Below are positions 1-9,251 of a stretch of DNA of 64,000 bases, one piece after another. The position numbers and the translations under genes were made by a program. A model generated the notes under the pieces. That model did no database searches, was not told the DNA's origin, and saw only the letters and a list, made by a program, of their open reading frames with translations. The stretch comes from Candidatus Aminicenantes bacterium (lineage in GTDB: Bacteria; Acidobacteriota; Aminicenantia; UBA2199). Numbering within the stretch: position 1 is the stretch's first letter; every line of letters begins with the position of its first letter. The stretch is taken from positions 1,202 to 65,201 of the forward strand of contig JAFGSF010000042.1 of NCBI GenBank assembly GCA_016934745.1, given 5' to 3'.

Positions 1-916
1 CACACAGGCTGCAAAGTTCTTTGGTTTCGGTGAAAAAATAGTCCTGGCGCAAGTCGCGGTAATTGGAGGCCACGGCGTCATTCCGGGCCTTGTCTTTCTT
101 GAAAGCGGGCATTTTTCCGAAACAGTATTTTTTATAATCGGGATGATCGGGTCTGTGTCCCAACAGGTCGTAGAATAAGTAACAACCCCAAACGGTATTG
201 TCGGGGAGCAGCGCCAAGCGGTCACGGCCGGCAAAGCAGGCAAAAATTCCTTTTTTGCCGGAATCTTTGAAGTTTTCCAGCGTCATCCTGCCGGTTTTAT
301 TTTGGACTTCCAGGCAGCGACCGGCCAAGCGATTGAGCTCCCTTTGCAAAACCATCAGGTCAAAATCCTGCCAGGGAACGCTCAGGTCCAATGAGTATTG
401 CAGGTTCCGGTGACCCTGTCCCATTAAAATCTCGATCGAAGCGGACAGCATGGAAACGGTAGCCGGGGTAAAAACGCTGTTGATCGTATAACCTTCGGGA
501 TAATTTTTCTTCAGGTCGGCCAAAGCCTTTTCGACCGCAACGACGCTGCCCGGGTCGCGCTTTGCCTGGGCCAGGCCGTCGTAGCTCAAAACCAGCTCGA
601 ATTTATTTTCCTTAAAAAAAACAATCTGTTCTTTCTTCAGCAGCGAACCGTTGCTGGTCAGGGTGAAATGGAATTTAGTTTTTCGGCTCTTTTGCAAGTG
701 TTCGACGGTTTTTTCGACCAGCGGCCAGGCCAGCAGCGGTTCACCGCCGTAAAAGCCCAACCAGACCTCCTCGGCTAGCCTGGGCTTCAGATAATCGAGG
801 AAATCCTTTATCGCTTCGATCTTCAATGTCTTTTTTCCCCGATGCTGGGGGCAGTAAGGACAGGAAAAATTACACTTGTCGGTCAAGACCAAGGTCAGTG
901 AGGAGAGCTCTTGCAT
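1..916 (-). CDS. radical SAM / SPASM-domain maturase-like protein (3' end runs off the window start; absent from the supplied ORF track)
   Basis: Manual minus-strand translation from ATG at 916-914 gives MQELSSLTLVLTDKCNFSCPYCPQH (CxxxCxxC), GGEPLL, TSNG and SYDG. These are followed by SPASM-like Cys motifs: GIFACFAGRDRLALLPDNTVWGC, KKYCFG, KELCSLC. The frame is open to position 1. Confidence 0.8.
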   Translation of the reverse strand, partial: MQELSSLTLVLTDKCNFSCPYCPQHRGKKTLKIEAIKDFLDYLKPRLAEEVWLGFYGGEPLLAWPLVEKTVEHLQKSRKTKFHFTLTSNGSLLKKEQIVFFKENKFELVLSYDGLAQAKRDPGSVVAVEKALADLKKNYPEGYTINSVFTPATVSMLSASIEILMGQGHRNLQYSLDLSVPWQDFDLMVLQRELNRLAGRCLEVQNKTGRMTLENFKDSGKKGIFACFAGRDRLALLPDNTVWGCYLFYDLLGHRPDHPDYKKYCFGKMPAFKKDKARNDAVASNYRDLRQDYFFTETKELCSLC

Positions 917-998
917 TGAAGATCATTTTAGCAAACCGGGCCACTTCATGCAATCGCTTCAGGCGACGCCGGGATTGGCAACCGAGTTTTCGGGGATA

Positions 999-1027
999 TT
1001 GTTTAAAAAATTATTTTATTTTACAAT
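999..1027 (+). promoter_or_regulatory. candidate sigma70-type promoter for the small ORF (TTGTTT-N17-TACAAT)
   Basis: TTGTTT at 999-1004, 17-nt spacer, TACAAT at 1022-1027, about 30 nt upstream of ATG 1057. Confidence 0.3.
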
Positions 1028-1056
1028 CAAGTGCATTTAACTTAAGGAGAGCACTC

Positions 1057-1263
1057 ATGGACATTAAAAAAGCCAATGTGAATTTAATGTTGGGCAAAGT
1101 CGAGGAACTTCTGAAAGGGCTGCCGGGTGAGGCGAAAACGGGCAATGAATTTGCAGAAGCCGAAAAAGCGCTGGCCAAACTCCAGGAACTATTTGCCGGC
1201 AAGGATGGTGAAATAGAATTTTTAGCTTGCATGTCAAGTAAAGGCCCTGTTATAGATCGCTGA
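1057..1263 (+). CDS. 68-aa small protein of unknown function, divergent from the radical SAM/SPASM gene
   Basis: Internal ATG at 1057 within track ORF 826..1263. It is preceded by AAGGAGAG about 7 nt upstream. The longer ORF would overlap the rSAM start. Sequence: MDIKKANVNLMLGKVEELLKGLPGEAKTGNEFAEAEKALAKLQELFAGKDGEIEFLACMSSKGPVIDR. Confidence 0.5.
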   Translation: MDIKKANVNLMLGKVEELLKGLPGEAKTGNEFAEAEKALAKLQELFAGKDGEIEFLACMSSKGPVIDR

Positions 1264-1294
1264 TCCATATTCCTGATCTGGTCCGGAATTCAAG

Positions 1295-4200
1295 TTGAGC
1301 TTGCGAAAAAGCATTTTTTTATTTGTTTTATTCAATATTTTATGGGGGAGGCTTTGGAGCCTTGATCCGCAAAAAAAAATAACCCAATATACTTTGAATG
1401 CCTGGAAAACCGAACGGGGTTTGCCCGATAATACGGTTTTAACCATTGTGCAAGATCGCTCAGGTTATTTATGGCTGGGCACGACCGAAGGGCTGGTTCG
1501 ATTTGACGGGGCGAATTTTACCATTTTCAACAGCGACAATACCACTGGATTTCGCGATCATTTTGTTAACAATCTATATTTTAGCCGCGAGGGAACTCTT
1601 TGGGTCGGAACTTTGCGCGGGCAATTGCTGAGCCTGGAAGGGGACAAATTCATAAATCATCCGCTGAACGGAAATGTTTCCAGCTTGTCCAATCACTGCA
1701 TTATCGAGGATGCCCGGGGCGATCTCTGGGTCGGGACATCCCATGGTTTGTTTTCCCGTTCATACTCAAGCAAAGGGATTTTTCGGAAATCTCACTCCTT
1801 CCCCAGTATGAAGATCCGCTGCCTGGCAACAGACTCTAAAGGTCGATTGCTGGTTGGTACAATGAACCAGGGTGTTTATTTCCTGGAAAAAGAAAAATGG
1901 CGTAAGATCATTTCTTTTGAGGATAAATTAACCAGTAATATCTATGTCCTGAAACAAGGCCGCGCCGGCTGTTTGTGGTTGGGAACAGAAGACGGATTGT
2001 ATAGTTTTGAGGACAACCAATTGTTTAAGCATTCTTTAGGGTTGGGCTTAACTACAATTATTACCACACTACTCGAAGATCACGACTGTAACTTGTGGGT
2101 AGGCAGCGAGGGCGGTTTATTTCGCCGGCAAAATAATGATTTTCAGTTCCTGGACAAGGACCTGGGAATGGGCGGCAATATCGTCTATTCGCTCTGTGAG
2201 GATGCTGAGCGCTCTTTGTGGGTAGGGGCCGTAGATGGAGGATTAGTCCAGATTCGTGATGAAAAAATAATAGCTTTTACGGATCGCGAAGGATTGAAAG
2301 GCGACAAGTTCCGTTGTCTGCTTGAAGATGCCTCCGGGGCGTTATGGATCGGCGGTTTAGGTGGTTATTTGAACCGCTATCAAAATGGCCAGATTGAAAA
2401 TTTTAGTCTACCTGTCCGATTAAAAAATATTGAAATTATTTCCTTGGAAAAGGATGTTGACGGCTCATTATGGTTGGGAACGAATCTGGGGTTGATGCTT
2501 TTTCGTGCCGGACGGTTCCGGGAAATTCCCCTCCCCGGGTCAAACCCCAATATTGAAACGCGCTGTGTTTTAAGGGATGGTGGCGGCCGAATTTGGATCG
2601 GCACTTGGGGGAAAGGATTATTCTGCCGGCAGGAGGGGATTATAACCGCCTTTTCCGCCAGTAATGGTTTGCCCGGAGATCGGGTTCTGTCTCTTTTTGA
2701 AGACCGACAAGGGAATCTTTGGGTCGGCTGCGAAAACGTATTGGCAATCGTCAAGGCGGGGGAAACCGGCAAAGTTTTTATACAACCGTTTTTAAACAAT
2801 TGCCATGTGTATTCATTTTACCAGGATGCTTTCGCTACGATTTGGTTGGGCACTCAACAGGGATTGAAAATTTACAAGGACGGTCGCTGGGGTTCACTGA
2901 ACAGTGACCGTGGCTTGTTCGACAGCCGGGTCTATTCCATTTTGGAAGACGACCTCGGTTTTCTGTGGCTGAGCAGCGAGCGCGGCATCTTTCAGGCAAA
3001 GAAAAGCGAACTGGAAAATGCGGCCTTCGATCCTTCACTGAAAGTCAGCGGCCGCTTGTTCGATGAAAACGACGGCATGAAGAGCCGGATAGGCAACTAC
3101 GGCAACCCAGCCGGCTGGAAGGATGGCCAAGGTCGCTTGTGGTTTGCCAACCTGGCAGGAGTCGTCAGCATTGATCCGGCCCATATCTTGAGAAATGACC
3201 GGGTGCCCCCGGTCATACTGGAAAAAGTCCTGGTGGATCAAAAAAATTTGCTTGCTCCAGGTGTTGATCCGACTCAAAAAGCGGAACTCCAGGCCGGCAG
3301 CCAGAGGTACGAATTCCATTATACGGCCCTAAGCTTTATCCGTTCCGACAAGATCGAATTTAAATACAAGTTGGCAGGCTATGATAAAGACTGGACTTCT
3401 GCCGGCAACCGCCGCCAGGCTTTTTACAATAACCTCAATCCCGGCCATTATCGTTTCCAGGTCATCGCCGCCAATGCCGACGGTGTCTGGAATATGGCTG
3501 GTGCCACTTTTTCTTTTCATCTGCAGCCTTTTGTTTATCAAACCGGGTGGTTCATGGCTCTGGCCGTCCTGGCTTTCGCCGTGCTGTCGGCCCTGTTATG
3601 GCAGCTGTTAAAAAAATACTTGCGTGCCGTCTCATTTTGGAAAAAAAAGACCCATATCGGTCACTTCAAGATCCTGGAGACCATCGGCAGCGGAGGCATG
3701 GCCACGGTTTACAAGGCCCAGGATCTGCTGGACAGGAAACGCATCGTGGCCCTCAAGGTCTTGAAAGAAGAGAACTTTTGCGACGAGAACCAGAAAAACC
3801 GCTTCAAGCACGAGTCGCTGATCACCGAGCAGCTCGACCATCCGCACATCGTGCACATCGTCGAGCGCGGTGAAATCGAGGACTGCTGGTATATCGCCAT
3901 GGAGCTGCTGACAGGGCAGTCGCTGGCCTTGCTTATCAAGACGACGGGGCGGCTGGAAATCGGGGTGGCGCTGGATATCATGCTGCAGATCATTGACGCC
4001 CTGCAGGCCATCCACGCCCAGGACATCCTGCATCGCGATCTGAAGCCGGAAAACATTATAGTCAGTGAACGGTACGAGCGGCGTTATTTCGTCAAGTTGC
4101 TCGATTTCGGTCTGGCCATCACTCCGGCCCAGTCGCGGCTGACCATGTCCGGGGTGGTCATGGGCACCATCCGCTACCTGCCGCCGGAAAGGATCAAAGA

Positions 4201-4483
4201 CGGCATTTCTTGCCCGCCCGGCGATATTTACTCGGCGGGAATCATCCTTTATGAAATGCTGACCGGCTCAAAACCGTTCTGGTCTGAAGCCACCGGCGAG
4301 GTGATTCACCGTATCCTGGAAACCACCCCTCTGCCTCCCAAAGAAATCAGTCACGAGATTCCCCGGGAATTAAATGCCCTGATCATGGCCATGATTGATA
4401 AGGACCCGGCCCGGCGGCCCGACTTGGAGATCATTCGTACTGAATTGATGCGCCTGGCTGAAAAATTTCCGCTGCAATCTTAG
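1295..4483 (+). CDS. transmembrane Ser/Thr protein kinase with Reg_prop beta-propeller repeats and a Y_Y_Y domain as ectodomain
   Basis: N-terminal signal anchor. Repeated ..LW(V/L)GT..GL.. propeller motifs. Y_Y_Y-like YEFHYTALSF...FKYKLAGYDKDW...GHYRFQV. TM helix WFMALAVLAFAVLSALLWQLL. Hanks kinase motifs GSGGMATVYKA, VALKVLK, HRDLKPEN, DFGLA, YLPPE. Confidence 0.85.
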   Translation: MSLRKSIFLFVLFNILWGRLWSLDPQKKITQYTLNAWKTERGLPDNTVLTIVQDRSGYLWLGTTEGLVRFDGANFTIFNSDNTTGFRDHFVNNLYFSREGTLWVGTLRGQLLSLEGDKFINHPLNGNVSSLSNHCIIEDARGDLWVGTSHGLFSRSYSSKGIFRKSHSFPSMKIRCLATDSKGRLLVGTMNQGVYFLEKEKWRKIISFEDKLTSNIYVLKQGRAGCLWLGTEDGLYSFEDNQLFKHSLGLGLTTIITTLLEDHDCNLWVGSEGGLFRRQNNDFQFLDKDLGMGGNIVYSLCEDAERSLWVGAVDGGLVQIRDEKIIAFTDREGLKGDKFRCLLEDASGALWIGGLGGYLNRYQNGQIENFSLPVRLKNIEIISLEKDVDGSLWLGTNLGLMLFRAGRFREIPLPGSNPNIETRCVLRDGGGRIWIGTWGKGLFCRQEGIITAFSASNGLPGDRVLSLFEDRQGNLWVGCENVLAIVKAGETGKVFIQPFLNNCHVYSFYQDAFATIWLGTQQGLKIYKDGRWGSLNSDRGLFDSRVYSILEDDLGFLWLSSERGIFQAKKSELENAAFDPSLKVSGRLFDENDGMKSRIGNYGNPAGWKDGQGRLWFANLAGVVSIDPAHILRNDRVPPVILEKVLVDQKNLLAPGVDPTQKAELQAGSQRYEFHYTALSFIRSDKIEFKYKLAGYDKDWTSAGNRRQAFYNNLNPGHYRFQVIAANADGVWNMAGATFSFHLQPFVYQTGWFMALAVLAFAVLSALLWQLLKKYLRAVSFWKKKTHIGHFKILETIGSGGMATVYKAQDLLDRKRIVALKVLKEENFCDENQKNRFKHESLITEQLDHPHIVHIVERGEIEDCWYIAMELLTGQSLALLIKTTGRLEIGVALDIMLQIIDALQAIHAQDILHRDLKPENIIVSERYERRYFVKLLDFGLAITPAQSRLTMSGVVMGTIRYLPPERIKDGISCPPGDIYSAGIILYEMLTGSKPFWSEATGEVIHRILETTPLPPKEISHEIPRELNALIMAMIDKDPARRPDLEIIRTELMRLAEKFPLQS

Positions 4484-4559
4484 TCGGGGAAAGGCCGACT
4501 GGAAAGTTTTGCATGCCTACATGGACTATGTATAATAAATGTGTTCAAGGAGGTATGCC

Positions 4560-4754
4560 ATGGCCTGCAATGTGGGAGAAACGGACAGGATTATCCGGCT
4601 GATCATCGGATTGGTGATCGCCGGGTTGGGTTTTTATTTCAAGAGCTGGTGGGGACTGCTGGCTATCATCCCCCTGCTTACGGCGGCGCTTGGTTTTTGC
4701 GGGCTGTATGTGCCGTTCAAGATTTCAACCGTCGAAAAAAAGAAAACCGAATAA
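4560..4754 (+). CDS. DUF2892 (YgaP-like) small membrane protein
   Basis: ATG 4560 follows AAGGAGG (4548-4554). Motif DRIIRLIIGLVIAGLGFY...GLLAIIPLLTAALGFCGLY is typical of DUF2892. Confidence 0.65.
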   Translation: MACNVGETDRIIRLIIGLVIAGLGFYFKSWWGLLAIIPLLTAALGFCGLYVPFKISTVEKKKTE

Positions 4755-4858
4755 ATGAATAGCAGATGACAGACGGCAGAATCCGGAAAGGAAAAAAACT
4801 GCAGGGCAATCATTTTTCTGTCATCTGACCTCTGTCTTCTAGTCCTGAAGAGGAAACC

Positions 4859-5201
4859 ATGGATGCTTCTGCCTGGCTGAATGGAATGGACGTGGCGATG
4901 ACGGTCTGTAACCGCGAAGGAATGATCCTGTACATGAAACGATCAGGCGACGTGTACTTTTACCGCTGCTGGGGACAAAGCCCTAGTCGGCAGGAATCTG
5001 TGGGACTGCCATCCCGGAGCCGCCAGGGAGAATATCCGCCGCATCATGGCCACGGGGATCAGCCACAGCAATACGATCGAGAAGAACGGCGTGAAAAAAC
5101 TGATCCAGCAAGTGCCCTGGCATGAGCATGGTGTGCCGGCCGGCTTGGTGGAATTCTCCTTGGTCATTCCCCACACCATGACCCACTTTGTCAGGAGTTG
5201 A
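4859..5201 (+). pseudogene. small PAS-domain protein gene with an apparent +1 frameshift near 4935-4940
   Basis: Frame 1 reads MDASAWLNGMDVAMTVCNREGMILYM and then nonsense. The next frame continues NDQATCTFTAAGDKALVGRNLWDCHPGAAREKIRRIMATGISHSNTIEKNGVKKLIQQVPWHEHGVPAGLVEFSLVIPHTMTHFVRS* (stop 5199-5201). The junction is at the A-run 'atgaaacga'. Confidence 0.55.
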
Positions 5202-5226
5202 AACCGTCAGGCTGTTTCCTTTTTCT

Positions 5227-7266
5227 TTATTGGTCAGTGATGTTTTCCGCAAACCAGTCAAAAACGGTTCGCCACCAAAGCCGGGCATTCTGTGGTTTTT
5301 GCACAAAGTGGTTTTCATCAGGAAAGTAGAGCATTTTGGATTTCACACCGCGCCGCTGCAGAGCGGTGAAGAGCATTAGGCCCTGCGTGACCGGCACACG
5401 GAAATCGTTCTCGCCGTGGACAACCAGTATAGGCACTTTGAACTTGGCTACATGGTTGGCCGGGTTCCATTTTTCATACAATCCGCTTTCCCAGGGTGTG
5501 CCGCCGTGCTCCCATTCCTCGAACCATAATTCTTCGGTTGAATAATACATGCTGCGCGAATCAAAGATGCCGTCATGCGAAACCAGGCAGCGGAAGGGGT
5601 ATTTAAAATCGTCGCTGTGCCCGGCTATCCAGTTGATCATAAATCCCCCGTAGGATGCGCCGGCGGCCACGATTTTATCCTTATCGATGAAAGGGAAGGT
5701 CTCCACCAGGTACTGTTGCCCCTTGACCAGGTCGATGAAGGGCGCGCCGCCCCAGTCACCGGAGATCGAGTCGGTGAAAGGTTGGCCGTACCCGGTGCTG
5801 CCATGGAAGTTGATTGCAGCCACCACGTAACCTGGAGATGCGAACATGCTATGGTTCCAGCGGTAATGAAAATCATCGGTCCAGCCGCCCTGAGGGCCGC
5901 CGTGGATAAGGAATACCAACGGATATTTTTTACCGGCGTCAAAGAAAGGCGGCTTGAGCAGCATGCCTTCGATCAACTCGTCATGGGCGCCTTTAAAATG
6001 GAAAAGTTCGGCCCGGTTCATTTGTACATCCTTAAAGAGGTCCGCATTGAAACGGGTCAGCTGTATCTGCTGCCGACGGCGCAGGTCGAATTTGAAGAGT
6101 TCTTGAGGTAGGGTCACGTTCTGGACCATGTATACCAGAGTCCGGCCGTCCGGGGTCAGGCGCAGGGAATTGGCGTTTACAGCGGGGACGATTTTATCGA
6201 TTTTTTTTGAAGCGATGCGCAGCCGGAAGATCGGATGGTAGATGCTTTGCGAAGCGATGAAATAGATGGTTTTTTCATCGGCACCGAAAATGAAGTCAGA
6301 GATGGTATCCGGGAAAGCGGCCGTCAGGTTCTGCAGCTTGCCGCTTTTTAAATCGTAAAGGATGATGTCTTTTTTGTCGGCTTCAAAACCGGGCCGGCGC
6401 ATGGAGAGATAGGCCAGGTATTTGTTGTTAGGCGAAAAAACCGGGTTGGCGTCACCGCCCTTGTTGTTGATGCTGATGTTCTTTTCCTTGCCGTTGCGCT
6501 GATCGCGCAGGAACACATCATTGTTGGTGGAGATGGCCACGACCGGGTCGGTGTTCTTCACGTAGGCGAACCAGGCGCCGTCGCCGGAAAACAAATAATC
6601 CTGGTTGCCGCCAAGGTCCAGGGGAGGAGTGTCGAAATCGCCCGGGGTCAGGTCGGTAAATTCGGAAGTGCCTGGACGATGCTGGAATACATGGCTGCGC
6701 TTGCCGTCGCGCCAGGAATCCCATACCCGGAACATGAGACCGGTTAGCAATTTAGCCTGGACTTTGGAACCCGATGCTTCTTTTTCCATGGCCATGGCTT
6801 CGGCGAAAGTCGTGGCCCGGGGATCAATATCCTGGGCAAAGGCGATGGTTTTTTCATCGCTGGACCATAGGAAGTTGCTGATACCGCTGGAAACGGCGGT
6901 AACAGCCTTGATGTCCCGGGGATTTTTCAAATCCAGCGAAAAGACCTGAGGAGCACCGTCCCGGGTGGAGACGAAAGTCAGCCGGCCCGATTTCAGGAAG
7001 CGGGGATTGAAATGGCTGCCTTTGCCTTCGGTCAGTTTTTTCAGGGCACGACCCTGCATGTCTGTCGCATAAAGATTGGTTTGAAACGTGTTGGCATTGA
7101 TGTCGGCTGTTTTAACCGCGAATACGACCCATTGGCCGTCCGGAGATATGACCGGTGATGAGAGGCGGCCGGCGGTGAACATATCCGCAAAACCCAGCGC
7201 TTTTTTATCACTCCAGATTTGAAGCGATAAACAGAGGCATAAAAAAATAAACAATATTCTTTTCAT
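5227..7266 (-). CDS. secreted S9 family serine peptidase (prolyl oligopeptidase/acylaminoacyl-peptidase type) with N-terminal beta-propeller
   Basis: Signal peptide MKRILFIFLCLCLSLQIWS. Nucleophile elbow GASYGGFM. HGENDFRVP (Asp) and DENH (His). Confidence 0.9.
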   Translation of the reverse strand: MKRILFIFLCLCLSLQIWSDKKALGFADMFTAGRLSSPVISPDGQWVVFAVKTADINANTFQTNLYATDMQGRALKKLTEGKGSHFNPRFLKSGRLTFVSTRDGAPQVFSLDLKNPRDIKAVTAVSSGISNFLWSSDEKTIAFAQDIDPRATTFAEAMAMEKEASGSKVQAKLLTGLMFRVWDSWRDGKRSHVFQHRPGTSEFTDLTPGDFDTPPLDLGGNQDYLFSGDGAWFAYVKNTDPVVAISTNNDVFLRDQRNGKEKNISINNKGGDANPVFSPNNKYLAYLSMRRPGFEADKKDIILYDLKSGKLQNLTAAFPDTISDFIFGADEKTIYFIASQSIYHPIFRLRIASKKIDKIVPAVNANSLRLTPDGRTLVYMVQNVTLPQELFKFDLRRRQQIQLTRFNADLFKDVQMNRAELFHFKGAHDELIEGMLLKPPFFDAGKKYPLVFLIHGGPQGGWTDDFHYRWNHSMFASPGYVVAAINFHGSTGYGQPFTDSISGDWGGAPFIDLVKGQQYLVETFPFIDKDKIVAAGASYGGFMINWIAGHSDDFKYPFRCLVSHDGIFDSRSMYYSTEELWFEEWEHGGTPWESGLYEKWNPANHVAKFKVPILVVHGENDFRVPVTQGLMLFTALQRRGVKSKMLYFPDENHFVQKPQNARLWWRTVFDWFAENITDQ

Positions 7267-7298
7267 TTTATTTCTCCAAGATTGGCTTCAGAAAAACA

Positions 7299-7333
7299 AT
7301 GCCGCAGGAAACGGTTATCGATTCCTGCGGCAT
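7299..7333 (-). terminator. intrinsic terminator after the lipoprotein gene
   Basis: 12-bp perfect stem ATGCCGCAGGAA / TTCCTGCGGCAT. On the minus strand it is followed by TGTTTTTCTG. Confidence 0.6.
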
Positions 7334-7361
7334 ATGGTTTCAGTAAGTGAGTGAATGTAAA

Positions 7362-8057
7362 TTATTTCCCTTGCTCAAAATCTTCTTTGGGTTGAATCTT
7401 CAGAATAATAAAACGGTTGGGTGCCACCTTGTTGGTCAGGGGATTGATTAGCTCATACTTTCTCAGCAAAAACACGTAATCCTTATCACCGCTGGCTGTG
7501 GTGACCCTGACGATGGTTTTTATGGTGACGGCTTTGCCGGTCATGAGTTCCTGGTTCTGTTCGATGCTGGTGGACATGGTGACCATTTTCTTTTCAATTT
7601 CCACCTGGTTTTTCATTTGGGTATATTCGACCTGGGCCTGCTTGTAATTCTGGGTCTCCATCGCGAGCTCTGCTTCACCGGCTTCGATCTGTTTCTGCAA
7701 TTCGGCTTTTTGCCTTCTGCCGCGTGTTTCTTCCAGATTGGTTTTCAAGATATCCAAGGCGTCTTTTTTATCTTTGACCACGCCGATTTGGGTGTCTTTC
7801 TTTTTCTTGAGATCGGTCATGCCGGCAATTAATTGCTGAAGAATAAGATCTTCGCTGACCGGTTCGTCAGAGGAGACCATGGACCAGGACTTGAATTCCA
7901 AAGCCATCGGTTCCGCTGCCATGGCGGCCATCGTGTCCCTGTCCTTTGCTTTCATGGCCTGAAAATATTTTGAAAGGGTAATTTCTTCAGGCTTCTGACA
8001 GGAAGTTGTAATCATGATTAAAATCATTAATGCAACCAATAATAAAGTTTTTTTCAT
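7362..8057 (-). CDS. coiled-coil lipoprotein, unknown function
   Basis: Signal peptide with lipobox LIMITTSC. Charged heptad-like central region. No catalytic motif recognised. Confidence 0.6.
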   Translation of the reverse strand: MKKTLLLVALMILIMITTSCQKPEEITLSKYFQAMKAKDRDTMAAMAAEPMALEFKSWSMVSSDEPVSEDLILQQLIAGMTDLKKKKDTQIGVVKDKKDALDILKTNLEETRGRRQKAELQKQIEAGEAELAMETQNYKQAQVEYTQMKNQVEIEKKMVTMSTSIEQNQELMTGKAVTIKTIVRVTTASGDKDYVFLLRKYELINPLTNKVAPNRFIILKIQPKEDFEQGK

Positions 8058-8243
8058 GTAATTCCTCCTTTAATTTTTTTTAATTATGGGTTGATCCGCG
8101 CAGTTAGTATTTGCGCTATTATTTTTTTTTGAAGAATGCATGATGAACATGAAGAAATTATAAATAAATAAAAATTTAAAAGCAAGCCAATTTAAAAAAA
8201 TTAATCAAAAAAACTAAAATGATTTCTTGGAGTTTTCGGCAGG

Positions 8244-9188
8244 TTAATTTTGGGAATCCAAGATGAAGTCGGCCGGATTCATCGGCTTGTTAAAATAACG
8301 AACTTCATAATGCAGATGGGGTCCGGTGCTTCTGCCGCTTGTTCCGACATAACCGATGACATCGTACCGTTTGACACGCTGGCCCTCCCGGATTTTAAAT
8401 CCAGAAAGATGACCATAATGGGTCACATAGCCGAATCCATGGTCGATGATGATGGTGTTGCCAATATAATCGCGGCGTTCGGCCACCAATACCACGCCGT
8501 CCGCCGTGGCAACGACTTTATTTCCCAATTGGGTGGCGATATCCAGACCGTAATGGAATTCCAGTCTGCCGGTGAAAGGATGGATGCGGTTGCCAAAAAA
8601 ACCCGACAGGTAACCGCGTGTGGGCCAAATGATAGGCGTGGCTGCCAGTTGAAGCTTCTGCTGGTTGACCATGCTTTCAACGGATTTTAGTGACGCCTCT
8701 ATCTGCTTGGCGTTTTCCTTGATTGCTTTTGTTTTGCTTAATAAGTTCTGTGGCTGGCTGATGATGCCATCCGGGAGTGTTTTCTGGGCCATGGGGAAAC
8801 CGTTGGTCATCTGGTCATTGAACTCGGGGCCGCCGCTGCCCACTTCTTTCAATGCCAGGGGTGATGTCAGGCCGGTCGCTACCATGATCCTTTCCTTATA
8901 ATTTTCGATATTTTTCAGCCTTTGGTTCAAATCCTCAATGGTTGAGGTCAATGCGCTGATTTTTTGCTGTTTATCGTTGGCCTCCAGTTCGAGACGTTTC
9001 ATTTTTTGCTTGTCCAGGGTCATGGTTAGATATTGAAATATGATGAAACCGAAGAAAACGACCAGAAAAGAAAAAGCCAATATGGATGTTTTGATGAATT
9101 TGGCCGAAACGGCAAATTCCTTGTTGGTGGATTTGGCGTCGGAAACAATAATAACCGAGTAACTTTGGCTGTTTTTTACATTTTTCAT
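8244..9188 (-). CDS. M23 family metallopeptidase (LytM/EnvC-like architecture: TM, coiled coil, M23 domain)
   Basis: HYGLDIA (HxxxD) and GRSTGPHLHYEV (HxH) motifs. N-terminal TM helix plus coiled coil. Confidence 0.85.
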   Translation of the reverse strand: MKNVKNSQSYSVIIVSDAKSTNKEFAVSAKFIKTSILAFSFLVVFFGFIIFQYLTMTLDKQKMKRLELEANDKQQKISALTSTIEDLNQRLKNIENYKERIMVATGLTSPLALKEVGSGGPEFNDQMTNGFPMAQKTLPDGIISQPQNLLSKTKAIKENAKQIEASLKSVESMVNQQKLQLAATPIIWPTRGYLSGFFGNRIHPFTGRLEFHYGLDIATQLGNKVVATADGVVLVAERRDYIGNTIIIDHGFGYVTHYGHLSGFKIREGQRVKRYDVIGYVGTSGRSTGPHLHYEVRYFNKPMNPADFILDSQN

Positions 9189-9251
9189 AAGTATTTTTGC
9201 GAATATCCATACAAATTGTATGGCAAAAAAATTGTTTTGTCAATCATTAAG

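Noticed and set aside
826-1263. The 145-aa track ORF as the gene model for the small protein
   Set aside because: Its first 77 codons overlap the start of the minus-strand radical SAM gene and are Arg/Ser-rich nonsense. The internal ATG at 1057 has a strong RBS, so only 1057-1263 was kept.
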